NCBI GenBank assembly: GCA_050289385.1
Contig: JBNKFQ010000225.1
Coordinates: 3,601-67,600, forward strand
Direction of reading: 5' to 3'
DNA length: 64,000 nt
Source of the DNA: Porticoccaceae bacterium
GTDB lineage: Bacteria > Pseudomonadota > Gammaproteobacteria > Pseudomonadales > Porticoccaceae
Positions 38,090 to 46,941 of this stretch are shown here, piece by piece. A program made the position numbers and the translations under genes. Below the pieces are notes generated by a model. The model saw only the letters and a program-made list of their open reading frames with translations. It was not told the DNA's origin and searched no databases. Within the stretch, counting starts at the first letter, position 1. Every line of letters starts with the position of its first letter.

Positions 38090-38791
38090 ATGCAACAGGC
38101 AAACATTCTGGTGGTAGATGACGAAGCGTCCATCAGGGATATGATTACCATGGCTCTGGAGATAGCGGGCTACAAGTGCACCCAGGCCGCCAATGCGCAG
38201 GACGCCCACAGCCGGATCATTGATGATCAGCCCGACCTGGTATTGCTCGACTGGATGATGCCCGGCACTACCGGCATTGAACTGATTCGCCGCCTGAAAC
38301 GCAATGAACTCACTGCCAAAGTCCCGGTGATCATGCTGACAGCGAAAAGCGATGAAGACAACAAGGTCCAGGGCTTTGACTCCGGCGCAGATGATTACAT
38401 CACCAAACCCTTTTCGCCACGCGAACTGCTGGCTCGTATCAAGGCCGTGCTGCGACGTGCAGGCCCGGAAACCCCGGACGAACCAATCCAGGTAAACGAC
38501 CTCGTCTTTGACCCCATCAGTCACCGCGTAACCATCGGCGAAAAGTCTCTCTCCATGGGCCCAACCGAATTTCGTTTGCTTGAGTTTTTCCTGACTCACC
38601 GTGAACGGGTGTATAGCCGCGGCCAGATTCTGGACCATGTCTGGGGCGGCAACGTGTATATGGAGGAGCGTACCGTAGACGTGCATATTCGTCGTCTGCG
38701 CAAGGTATTGAGTATTGATGGTCACGATCGATTCATTCAGACTGTGCGCGGCGCAGGGTATCGCTTTTCGATGAAGCTGGCAGACGAGTAA
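38090..38791 (+). CDS. phoB: Phosphate regulon response regulator PhoB
   Basis: 233 aa OmpR-family regulator. ILVVDDE, DLVLLDWMMPG and PVIMLTAK receiver motifs plus a winged-helix C-terminus. Followed by phoR. Confidence 0.95.
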   Translation: MQQANILVVDDEASIRDMITMALEIAGYKCTQAANAQDAHSRIIDDQPDLVLLDWMMPGTTGIELIRRLKRNELTAKVPVIMLTAKSDEDNKVQGFDSGADDYITKPFSPRELLARIKAVLRRAGPETPDEPIQVNDLVFDPISHRVTIGEKSLSMGPTEFRLLEFFLTHRERVYSRGQILDHVWGGNVYMEERTVDVHIRRLRKVLSIDGHDRFIQTVRGAGYRFSMKLADE

Positions 38792-38829
38792 GGGGCCGGG
38801 ACTCATGTCAATACAGCAATCTTTGAGTC

Positions 38830-38927
38830 GTTCGATGTTCGATGTTGGATGTTCGACGAAAAGTCCGGAAATCTGGCATCTGGCGCGAGTTTGCTTTGCG
38901 TCGAACATCCAACATCGAACGTCGAAC
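38830..38927. repeat. Near-perfect 29-bp-stem hairpin with heptad-built arms, inserted between phoB and phoR
   Basis: Left arm 38830-38858 is GTTCGAT GTTCGAT GTTGGAT GTTCGAC G. Right arm 38899-38927 is C GTCGAAC ATCCAAC ATCGAAC GTCGAAC. 28/29 positions are complementary, with a 40-nt loop. Confidence 0.9.
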
Positions 38928-39020
38928 AAAACCCCCGGATCACATTACCATGGCTACCCGGGCAGCGGTGTTAGAGCCGTTGTTCCCGGCGCTGACAGAT
39001 CATCCTGACGGAGCACTCAC

Positions 39021-40322
39021 TTGCAACGAGGTTTTCAAACCGAAATCCAGCGCGCATTACTGTTGGCTGCCGGTTTTTTGGTGTTTGGCTACATGGTCGG
39101 ATACCCGCTGGTGGCATTGCTGTTCGGCGGCATAACCTACCTGATATGGACCTTTCGCAAGATTCAACAGGTTTACCGCTGGCTCGACGCTGGCGCCCGT
39201 GGTCTGCCACCCGATGCCGGTGGTATCTGGGGCGATATCTCGGATCAACTGTATCGCCTGCAAAAGCGCTCTCTGCGTAGCCAGCAAAGCCTCAAATCCC
39301 TTGCCGAACGCGTACAAAAGATTACCGGTGCACTGGATGACGGCATACTGATTCTCGACAAATCTCGTGCACTGGTATGGTGGAATCCGGCCGCAGAACA
39401 ATTGTTGTCTTTGCAACCAGCCGACCGTAGTCAGGCCATTATGAATCTGGTGCGAGACCCCGCGTTTGTGTCCTTTGTTCAGCAACAAGACTTTGATTTG
39501 CCTCTGGAAATTCGCGCCCCGGGCAACGCCGCCAAAACGCTGCTGTTTAATGCCGCCTCGTTCGGAGAGGGGGAAGTTGTGCTGGTGGCACATGACGTCA
39601 CGCACCTGCGTCGTCTGGAAGAAATGCGCAAGGATTTTGTCGCCAATATTTCTCACGAATTGCGCACACCTCTCACGGTTATTTCAGGCTATCTTGAAAA
39701 CCTTGAAGACATCACGGAAGACCTCCCCGGGCCGTTTCATCGCGCTCTCGACCAGATGCGCCAGCAGACCGCGCGAATGAGCAACCTTGCCGACGATCTG
39801 GTGATGCTTTCCAGGCTGGAGTCGCTGGATCAAAAAGCCGGTAAAGCACCGGTAGCATTAAACCCCATGCTCCAGCAAATTATTGCCGATGCCCATGCCC
39901 TGAGTGAGGGCAAGCATGAAATTGTGTTTCAGCCGGGCGCCGACACCTGCGTACCCGGCGATGCCAACCAGATACAAAGCGCCATTTCCAATCTGGTGTT
40001 CAACGCCGTTCGGCACAATGCAGCGGGCGTTACGATTACAGTGTCTGTGACAAAAAGCGACGACAGCATTGATGTAAGTGTCAGTGATAACGGTATCGGT
40101 ATTGATCCGGTTCACCTGCCGCGACTCACTGAACGCTTTTACCGGGTGGACTCCAGTCGAGCAACAAGTTCCGGCGGCACCGGTCTGGGGTTGGCAATCG
40201 TGAAGCATGTGCTCCTGCGCCATAACGCATCCCTGGACATTCAGAGCACATTGGGCAAAGGCAGCACATTTACCTGCCACTTTCCGGCCGTTGATGGTAA
40301 AAGGCTGGAAACTGGAGGTTAG
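39021..40322 (+). CDS. phoR: Phosphate regulon sensor histidine kinase PhoR
   Basis: 433 aa. Two N-terminal TM helices, a PAS region, H-box FVANISHELRTPLT, and N/G boxes (NAVRHN, DNGIGI, GGTGLGLAIVKH). TTG start preceded by GGAG. Confidence 0.9.
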   Translation: MQRGFQTEIQRALLLAAGFLVFGYMVGYPLVALLFGGITYLIWTFRKIQQVYRWLDAGARGLPPDAGGIWGDISDQLYRLQKRSLRSQQSLKSLAERVQKITGALDDGILILDKSRALVWWNPAAEQLLSLQPADRSQAIMNLVRDPAFVSFVQQQDFDLPLEIRAPGNAAKTLLFNAASFGEGEVVLVAHDVTHLRRLEEMRKDFVANISHELRTPLTVISGYLENLEDITEDLPGPFHRALDQMRQQTARMSNLADDLVMLSRLESLDQKAGKAPVALNPMLQQIIADAHALSEGKHEIVFQPGADTCVPGDANQIQSAISNLVFNAVRHNAAGVTITVSVTKSDDSIDVSVSDNGIGIDPVHLPRLTERFYRVDSSRATSSGGTGLGLAIVKHVLLRHNASLDIQSTLGKGSTFTCHFPAVDGKRLETGG

Positions 40323-40418
40323 AAGTTGGAAGTCAAACCCCAATCAAAAAACGACAAGCGTAGCGATGTCGCAAGCCTTTTACTTCCAACTTCCAACTTC
40401 TATCTTCTAACTTCTAAC
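40311..40418. repeat. Hairpin with heptad-built arms overlapping the phoR stop (convergent phoR/DUF938 gap)
   Basis: Left arm is ...AACTGGA GGTTAGA AGTTGGA AGT (includes the phoR TAG). Right arm 40382-40418 is AC TTCCAAC TTCCAAC TTCTATC TTCTAAC TTCTAAC. The arms are complementary in more than one register, with a 48-nt loop. Confidence 0.8.
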
Positions 40419-40424
40419 TCAAAA

Positions 40425-41027
40425 TCAACTCCGCTTGCGCCACTCCAGCAAACGATTGTTTGCCGGCATCTCATGGTCATTGATCAGCTCCAGCCCGGCA
40501 TCGTGTGCAAGTTTCGCAATATCCTCAAAATTACGTATCCCCTGACGCGGATCCTGTCGTTTTAGCCAAAGATCAAATTTTGCGTTGCTCTCGCTGGTAT
40601 AGTTACCCTGGTACTTGAACGGGCCGTATAAACAGAAGACACCGCCTGGCTCAAGATGCCTGGCGAGCCCGGCAAACATTCGATTGACGCTCTTTTGCGA
40701 CATTATGTGACAAGTATTGGCAGTGTATACACCGTCCACTGACAAGAGCGGCCATATCAACATATTCACGTCCAGCAAACGCGGCCGATGCAGATTGGGC
40801 GCCGGATGGTCATTAATCCAGAAGTTAATGGCCGCATGATTTTCGGAACGATCGCTGGTATGCCAATGCAGGTGTGGTAGTCGCGGCGAAAAATACACCG
40901 CGTGCTGACCCGTACCACTGCCAATCTCAAGTACTCGGCGGCACTCGCCAAACGCTTTCTTCAAAATCGCCAAAACAGGCACCTTGTTGTTCTCGCAGGC
41001 CTGTGAAAACGGCTTGGTTACGGTCAT
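40425..41027 (-). CDS. DUF938 family SAM-dependent methyltransferase-like protein
   Basis: 200 aa. ENNKVPVL, VLEIGSGTGQHAVYF and the LEPGGVFCLYGPF...SNAKFDLWLK pattern are typical of DUF938. Confidence 0.8.
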   Translation of the reverse strand: MTVTKPFSQACENNKVPVLAILKKAFGECRRVLEIGSGTGQHAVYFSPRLPHLHWHTSDRSENHAAINFWINDHPAPNLHRPRLLDVNMLIWPLLSVDGVYTANTCHIMSQKSVNRMFAGLARHLEPGGVFCLYGPFKYQGNYTSESNAKFDLWLKRQDPRQGIRNFEDIAKLAHDAGLELINDHEMPANNRLLEWRKRS

Positions 41028-41140
41028 ATATCACTCCGCTTTATTCTTGATTTTACCCATGACCTGCAAGGTAGACGTTACGATGGCTAAACTCATCAAT
41101 GGATCGGCAACATCCATTTCAGCAATTGTGACCCCGGTGT

Positions 41141-41926
41141 CTACTGACTCTGCGGTTCGTCGCGAAGAAACACCCACTGGCGAAGGCTCGACTGCCCGGC
41201 GCAATAGTAATAGCCATCGACGTCAAAATCCTTGATCTCATCAGGGTCTCGCAACCGGTTTTTGATAATATATGCACTCATCAGGCCCCGGGCTTTCTTG
41301 GCGTAAAAACTGATAATTTTGTAATCGCTACCCTTCCTGTCTTTGAACACAGGGGTAATAACGTCTGCTTGCAACGCCTCTGGCCTGACCGCCCGAAAAT
41401 ATTCATTGGAAGCCAGATTTATCAGCACTTTTTTACCTTTTTGTTTGGTAAATCCGGCGTTTAGCGCTTCTGTAATTGCATTTCCCCAAAACTGGTAAAG
41501 ATCTTTTCCACGGCTGTTGGCAAAACGCACCCCCATCTCCAGCCTATATGGCTGTATCAGATCCAGCGGCTTTAGCAAGCCGTACAAACCGGACAGGATA
41601 CGCAAATGCTGTTGCGCCCAGGAAAGGTCAGCAGCCGTAAATGCATGAGCTTGCAAACCAAGGTAAACATCGCCCTTGAACGCTAATACCGCCTGACGGG
41701 CATTGTCCGGTGTAAAGGGTGTGCTCCAGTTGAGAAAGCGACCAAAATTGAGGTTGCCGAGCTTGTCACTGATCTTCATCAGCTCACTAATCCGGGGTGG
41801 CGACAACTCACGCAATTGCTCAATTAACTCTGCCGAATCTGACAGGAATTCGGGCGTGCTGTGGCGTCTGGTTGTAACCGGGGTTTCAAAATCGAGGGTT
41901 TTGGCGGGCGAAATCACAATTTGCAT
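41141..41926 (-). CDS. yaaA: Peroxide stress protein YaaA (UPF0246)
   Basis: Start at [13 protein letters not shown], the canonical YaaA N-terminus. ~261 aa. Confidence 0.9.
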   Translation of the reverse strand: MQIVISPAKTLDFETPVTTRRHSTPEFLSDSAELIEQLRELSPPRISELMKISDKLGNLNFGRFLNWSTPFTPDNARQAVLAFKGDVYLGLQAHAFTAADLSWAQQHLRILSGLYGLLKPLDLIQPYRLEMGVRFANSRGKDLYQFWGNAITEALNAGFTKQKGKKVLINLASNEYFRAVRPEALQADVITPVFKDRKGSDYKIISFYAKKARGLMSAYIIKNRLRDPDEIKDFDVDGYYYCAGQSSLRQWVFLRDEPQSQ

Positions 41927-42052
41927 AGAACTTTCCATTTGAATCTGTTGCAACAGACCCTACATTATAAATTGATTACCGTTATAAAATGTTTCTTGCT
42001 CAACGAGCGTAAGTGACTCCGGATGCCCCGACCTCAGAAAAGGACCGCTACT

Positions 42053-43354
42053 ATGCTTTATCGCCGCAAGCTTATTGCCACACTGTCTTTACTGACCACG
42101 TTATGCCTTATGGTTAGCGGTTGTGCCGTCAATCCGGTTACCGGTAAAAGTGAACTGTCACTGATTTCACCAGCGCAGGAAGTGCAAATTGGCGAACAAC
42201 AGTACCACCCGCAAATGCAGTCGCAGGGGGGGCGCTACTACATAGACCCTGACTTGCAGCTGTACATCAGGGACATCGGCCAAAAACTGGCTCGCGTCAG
42301 TCACCGACCCAACCTGCCCTACGAATTTACCTTGTTGAGCAATTCCGTACCCAATGCCTGGGCTTTGCCCGGCGGTAAAATTGCAATCAATCGCGGCTTG
42401 CTGCTTTACCTTGAAGACGAATCACAACTCGCAGCCGTGATCGGACATGAAATTGTTCACGCCGCTGCACGTCATACCGCCCAGCGGCTGAGCCAGACAC
42501 AATTACTGGGCGCTGGCCTCGGCATACTCGGCGCCGCCACCCAAAATACGGCATACGGCGGGCTGGCATCGCAGGCGGGCCAACTGGGGGCTACTGTCTT
42601 TCTTGCCAAATACGGTCGTGAAGACGAACTTCAATCCGATCAATACGGTATGGAATATATGGCTAAAGCCGGTTACGACCCCTATGGCGCGGTGCGTCTG
42701 CAAGAAGTTTTCGTCAAGCTTTCGGAAGGGCGGCAACAGGATCCAATCTCTGCCCTGTTCGCCAGCCACCCACCATCACAGGCACGGGTAGCTGCCAATC
42801 GCGAACGTGCGCGGCAGCTGCCCCGGGGCAAAACCGGTCGCGATGAGTTTCAGCGTGCCATTGCGCAATTGAAAAAAGATGAACCCGCGTACAAAGCTGC
42901 GGATGAAGCCGCAAAGCTATTGCAGGCAAAAGATGCGGCCGGGGCGCTTAAATTACTGGATCGCGCGGTAGCCCTTCAGCCTGCGGAAAGTGAGTTCTGG
43001 GAGCTGAGAGGCTATGCCTGGGAAATGCAAGATAATCTTTCGAACGCGGAGAAGTCCTATTCCACCGCCATTAGCAAAAATCCGGATTACTTCAAACCAC
43101 ACGCCCTGCGCGGCCTGGTGCGCATGCAGCAAAAAGAATTTACCGGTGCCGAAGAGGATTTTCTGGCCAGTCACCAAATCCTGCCAACTCTGACCACGAC
43201 CTATTATCTTGGTGAACTGGCCCTGCAACGCAATGACACAAGCACCGCAACCCGATATTTCGAGCAAGCTGCCAAGGGCAGTGGCGAACTGGCGCAAAAA
43301 GCGCAACAACGCCTTACTCAAATCCAGCAAGGGACAACCAGCCAGGGTATGTAA
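42053..43354 (+). CDS. M48-family Zn metalloprotease lipoprotein with C-terminal TPR repeats
   Basis: Start at MLYRRKLIATLSLLTTLCLMVSGC (lipobox). HEIVHAAARH zinc motif. TPR-like C-terminal third. Confidence 0.85.
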   Translation: MLYRRKLIATLSLLTTLCLMVSGCAVNPVTGKSELSLISPAQEVQIGEQQYHPQMQSQGGRYYIDPDLQLYIRDIGQKLARVSHRPNLPYEFTLLSNSVPNAWALPGGKIAINRGLLLYLEDESQLAAVIGHEIVHAAARHTAQRLSQTQLLGAGLGILGAATQNTAYGGLASQAGQLGATVFLAKYGREDELQSDQYGMEYMAKAGYDPYGAVRLQEVFVKLSEGRQQDPISALFASHPPSQARVAANRERARQLPRGKTGRDEFQRAIAQLKKDEPAYKAADEAAKLLQAKDAAGALKLLDRAVALQPAESEFWELRGYAWEMQDNLSNAEKSYSTAISKNPDYFKPHALRGLVRMQQKEFTGAEEDFLASHQILPTLTTTYYLGELALQRNDTSTATRYFEQAAKGSGELAQKAQQRLTQIQQGTTSQGM

Positions 43355-43483
43355 CCGTTTGTAGCGCAAACCGTTCAATTCGGATTGTATTGCCCGATAT
43401 CATCTCTGCCTTTGTAATTTGAAGTCGACAAGGGATCTGTGTGTCGCCACACGGAGACACTCTCCTTGTCGACGACAGAGCCC

Positions 43484-43509
43484 GTCACACTTCTCAAAGC
43501 TGTTTCGTC
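43484..43509 (+). promoter_or_regulatory. ECF41-type promoter (GTCACA-N16-CGTC)
   Basis: GTCACA at 43484-43489, exactly 16 nt of spacer, then CGTC at 43506-43509, ~65 nt upstream of the CMD-family gene that precedes the ECF41 sigma gene. This matches the published ECF41 motif TGTCACA-N16-CGTC as I remember it. Confidence 0.55.
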
Positions 43510-43575
43510 TTACTTGTACCAGTTTAATTTTCGGTATCGCAAGACAACACTAATGAACTACTGAGGTTTTATCAT

Positions 43576-44088
43576 ATGGGCAAATCAGATTATCACCAGC
43601 AAATCGACGACTTTGAAGCACACTACAAATATGACAGTACCTATATGAGAGAATTGCTTGATCATTCTCCAACAGGGTATGAAAAGTTTAACAACTTCAT
43701 GCCCCTGGCAAGCCATAGAGAGAAACTCGATCTGGACATGTATTGGGTGGCTAAATTGGCAGCAATGAAGGTCGAAGACTGTGGTGACTGCCTTCAGCTA
43801 AATGTTCGAATGGCAATCGAAAATGGTGTTTCCAAGAGTATAGTGGCAGCAGCCATAGCGGGAGGTGAGCAGTTGCCGGAAAACCTGAAAGACATCTATG
43901 CATTTGCAACTTGTGTCGCTTCCAATACACAAATCAGTGAGGGCCTGCAAGACAGAATGGACGCCCTGCTGGACAAAACAACGTTGCTCGAACTTGCTAT
44001 GTGTATTGCTACAGCCAAAATATTTCCAACTATCAAGCGCACTTTGGGCTATACCAGAAGTTGCAGCCTGATCAAAATAGACGTGTAA
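43576..44088 (+). CDS. Carboxymuconolactone decarboxylase (AhpD-like) family protein
   Basis: 170 aa, helical, with a CGDC motif (VEDCGDCLQ). It occupies the COE (CMD/oxidoreductase/epimerase) position upstream of an ECF41 sigma gene. Confidence 0.6.
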   Translation: MGKSDYHQQIDDFEAHYKYDSTYMRELLDHSPTGYEKFNNFMPLASHREKLDLDMYWVAKLAAMKVEDCGDCLQLNVRMAIENGVSKSIVAAAIAGGEQLPENLKDIYAFATCVASNTQISEGLQDRMDALLDKTTLLELAMCIATAKIFPTIKRTLGYTRSCSLIKIDV

Positions 44089-44096
44089 ACACCACT

Positions 44097-44981
44097 ATGG
44101 CCACACCTGAAGCAGACGCCTTCGAAACTCATCGGTCAAAATTGATCGGTTTGGCTTATCGAATTACCGGCTCAATCTCGGAAGCAGAAGATATCGTTCA
44201 GGAAGCTTTTCTGAAATGGTTTAGCGCCGACCACGAAACCATTCGATCACATTATTCATGGTTAATAACGGTAACAACCCGACTTTCTCTGGACCATTTA
44301 AAAAGTGCCCGAGTACAACGACAATCCTATATTGGCCCCTGGCTACCTGAACCTTTTATTGCCGACAAGGAAACCCCTGAAAAAGGACTTGAACTGGATG
44401 AGTCGATAACGATGGCCTTACTGGTTTTGCTGGAACAGCTATCTCCCGGCGAAAGAGCCGCCTTTATCTTACATGACTTGTTTCACTTCGATTTTGACGA
44501 AATTGGGGAAATTCTGCAAAAAACCTCTCCCTCCTGCCGAAAACTGGCGAGCCGTGCTCGCGGAAAAATCGATACGGACACCACAGATCACAGGGCAAAC
44601 AAGGAAGAATATTTTGGCGTAGTTTCGGCTTTTTTTGATGCAGTGAAAAATGGCAACGTTCCAGAACTTGTGTCTCTTCTACAAAAAAATGTCGCCTTCC
44701 ACTCGGACGGTGGAGGCAAAGTACCCGCTGCTCTGGAAATACTAAAAGGTGCTGACACAACGGCCGCTTTTTTGATGGAAAAAGTCCGTCCCAGTTTTGC
44801 CGAGGCAGATATGGCAGAAACAGCAATCACTTTCACCTGGTTTAATGGGTCTCCGGGCTTTGTCGTGCGAATCAACAAAAAACCTGTTTCTGCTTTCAAC
44901 TTCGAAATAGAAAACCACACTATTAAAAAAATCCATGCGCTTCGCAACCCCGACAAGCTAAGACTATTCGACCTTAAATGA
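44097..44981 (+). CDS. ECF sigma factor, group ECF41 (SigJ-like) with a fused C-terminal SnoaL-like domain
   Basis: Region 2 (LIGLAYRITGSISEAEDIVQEAFLKW) and region 4 (SPGERAAFILHDLFHFDFDEIGEIL), then a ~110 aa extension. No adjacent anti-sigma gene. Confidence 0.85.
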   Translation: MATPEADAFETHRSKLIGLAYRITGSISEAEDIVQEAFLKWFSADHETIRSHYSWLITVTTRLSLDHLKSARVQRQSYIGPWLPEPFIADKETPEKGLELDESITMALLVLLEQLSPGERAAFILHDLFHFDFDEIGEILQKTSPSCRKLASRARGKIDTDTTDHRANKEEYFGVVSAFFDAVKNGNVPELVSLLQKNVAFHSDGGGKVPAALEILKGADTTAAFLMEKVRPSFAEADMAETAITFTWFNGSPGFVVRINKKPVSAFNFEIENHTIKKIHALRNPDKLRLFDLK

Positions 44982-46228
44982 AAATAGCAAACAACATGAC
45001 AGCGGTTTTTATAACCGTGTTTACGGGGTTTATTGGCCTGAGCTTACCATATCCAGTTTTCAGTCACTTGTTTTTATCTGCAGATTCAACATTAATTCCA
45101 CTAAACATAACAGAAAATGCCAGAGCCTTGTTTTTGGGAGCAGCAATTGCCTTTTTTCCGATAGGTCAGGCTGTCGCCTCGCCGATATGGGGCAAATGGT
45201 CTGACCGTTATGGTCGTAAACGAATTCTCATCTTTTCGCTGGCTTTTGCCAGTACTGGCATGCTTGTCACGGCCTTTGCGATTAACCTGGACATGCTATA
45301 TCTGTTGTTTTTGGGGCGACTGGTATCCGGGCTGGGCGAAGGTAATATTGCCATAGCCCAGGCAATGGCATCAGATGCTGACACAAAAGACCAAAAAACA
45401 AAAAATATGGCAGCGATATCTATAGCCATAAATGCTGGATGGATTGTTGGGCCATTGCTGGGAGGCTTGGCTGGAGACAGTCAAATTGCAAGTTTCACCG
45501 GGCCAACTCTGCCGTTTTGGATAGCCACAGTGATGTATTTGCTGAACATGGTTATTATCTATGGTCTGATCCAGGCAGACAGCAAACAAACTATTCTGAA
45601 TACCAGGGTCGAGGGAGTTGATTTTCTTACCTTGCTGAGTAACGGTGCATTCCGGGTCATCATAGTACTGACCCTGATCTGTTTTTTCGGCACTTATGTC
45701 ATGTTTTCCTTTTTTGGGCCATATCTGGTACAGACATTTAATGTCACCTCGGCAAAGCTCGGGCTTTGTGCTGCGCTGCTGAGCATACCGTTAATCCTGG
45801 CTGGAATCTGCGCTGGCAAAATCCATCAACGGCTTGGCGTAATGAAAATGACTATTCTGGGGCTAACTCTTCTCGCCGGTGGTCTCGCACTTCTTGTCTT
45901 GCCGGACGACCTGGCATGGCTGGTTATTCCGGCAACCATTACAGCTTTTGGAATAGTTATTCTGGAAGTAACAACTGCAATTATGGTGTCTGATGTTGTT
46001 TCCAGAAAACATCAGGGCCAGGCAATGGGAGTATATCGTTCAGCTATCGTTATCGCTGAAATTATGGCTGCACTTGCTGGTGGATGGCTTGCTGGCTACA
46101 TTCCTCAGGCGCCCTTTTTACTGGCTGGCATTGTTGTTGCGTCTGGACTGCCACTGGTAATTTCAAAAATTCGACGCAAAATAAAGCCCCGGCTACTGCC
46201 GGGGCGTCAGGATTTTTCGAGCTTATAA
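44978..46228 (+). CDS. MFS transporter
   Basis: 416 aa, 12 TM, with MFS loop motif GKWSDRYGRKR. The ATGA overlap with the sigma gene stop suggests co-transcription. Confidence 0.85.
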   Translation: MKIANNMTAVFITVFTGFIGLSLPYPVFSHLFLSADSTLIPLNITENARALFLGAAIAFFPIGQAVASPIWGKWSDRYGRKRILIFSLAFASTGMLVTAFAINLDMLYLLFLGRLVSGLGEGNIAIAQAMASDADTKDQKTKNMAAISIAINAGWIVGPLLGGLAGDSQIASFTGPTLPFWIATVMYLLNMVIIYGLIQADSKQTILNTRVEGVDFLTLLSNGAFRVIIVLTLICFFGTYVMFSFFGPYLVQTFNVTSAKLGLCAALLSIPLILAGICAGKIHQRLGVMKMTILGLTLLAGGLALLVLPDDLAWLVIPATITAFGIVILEVTTAIMVSDVVSRKHQGQAMGVYRSAIVIAEIMAALAGGWLAGYIPQAPFLLAGIVVASGLPLVISKIRRKIKPRLLPGRQDFSSL

Positions 46229-46237
46229 TCCGGGCAA

Positions 46238-46930
46238 CTACTCGTCCATATTCCCATGGCGAATATCCTCACCATTTACCAGATAAACTACCTGCTCACA
46301 AATATTCTTGGCGTGGTCACCAACCCTTTCGAGTGCACGCAACGCCCACATAATATTAATTACGCGGGAAATACTGCGAGGGTCTTCCATCATATAAGTG
46401 ACCAGTTCGCGCAGGGCCGTTTTGTAATCCAGGTCAACTTCCTCGTCCCGGTTCAGGGTTACCAAAGCACTATCAACGTTATAGCGTGCAAACGCATCCA
46501 GTGACTGATCAAGCATTTCGCGCACGCTATTACCAATGTGACGAATTTCCACATAACCGCGCGGGGCTGAACCCTCTTCACACAATTTGATAGCCATTTT
46601 TGCAACACGCGCAGCCTCGTCACCGATACGCTCCAGATCGCGTATGGTTTTATTGACAGCCATAACCATGCGCAAATCACTGGCCGCAGGCTGGCGCCGG
46701 GCAATCAGCAAGGTACATGCCTCATCGATATCAATTTCCATTTGATCAATTTGCTCTTCGGCTTGCAGCACTTGCTCTGCCAATGCACTATCGGCGTGTT
46801 CCAGTGCCAGAATGGCATTTTCAACCTGCTTCTGAACCAGCCCGCCCATTTCCAGCATCCAGGTTTTTACCTGTTCCAGCTCGTCATTAAATTGCTGGGA
46901 GATATGCTGATCGAAATGCATTTTGTCCAC
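46238..46930 (-). CDS. phoU: Phosphate signalling complex protein PhoU
   Basis: 230 aa with duplicated PhoU repeats (ERIGDEAARVAK / ERVGDHAKNICE). Downstream of pstB. Confidence 0.95.
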   Translation of the reverse strand: MDKMHFDQHISQQFNDELEQVKTWMLEMGGLVQKQVENAILALEHADSALAEQVLQAEEQIDQMEIDIDEACTLLIARRQPAASDLRMVMAVNKTIRDLERIGDEAARVAKMAIKLCEEGSAPRGYVEIRHIGNSVREMLDQSLDAFARYNVDSALVTLNRDEEVDLDYKTALRELVTYMMEDPRSISRVINIMWALRALERVGDHAKNICEQVVYLVNGEDIRHGNMDE

Positions 46931-46941
46931 GTTAGTACTCC

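Noticed and set aside
38006-38929. 307-aa minus-strand ORF (MFDVRCWMFD...) spanning the phoB region and the heptad hairpin
   Set aside because: It is antisense to an unmistakable phoB. Its N-terminus is just a translation of the heptad repeats, and it has no RBS or recognisable domain.
38830-40418. Could the heptad repeats be a CRISPR array or integron attC sites?
   Set aside because: They are not CRISPR: the units are 7 nt and contiguous with no spacers, and there are no cas genes. They are not attC either. Some heptads fit RYYYAAC/GTTRRRY (for example ATCCAAC, GTTGGAT), but the order is inverted (GTT arm 5', AAC arm 3'), the heptads are tandemly iterated, and there is no intI or cassette-like ORF array.
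43424-43473. Hairpin after the M48 protease gene as a rho-independent terminator
   Set aside because: A 10-12 bp stem is present, but no T tract follows it. It is mentioned only in the context of the ECF41 promoter and not called as a terminator.
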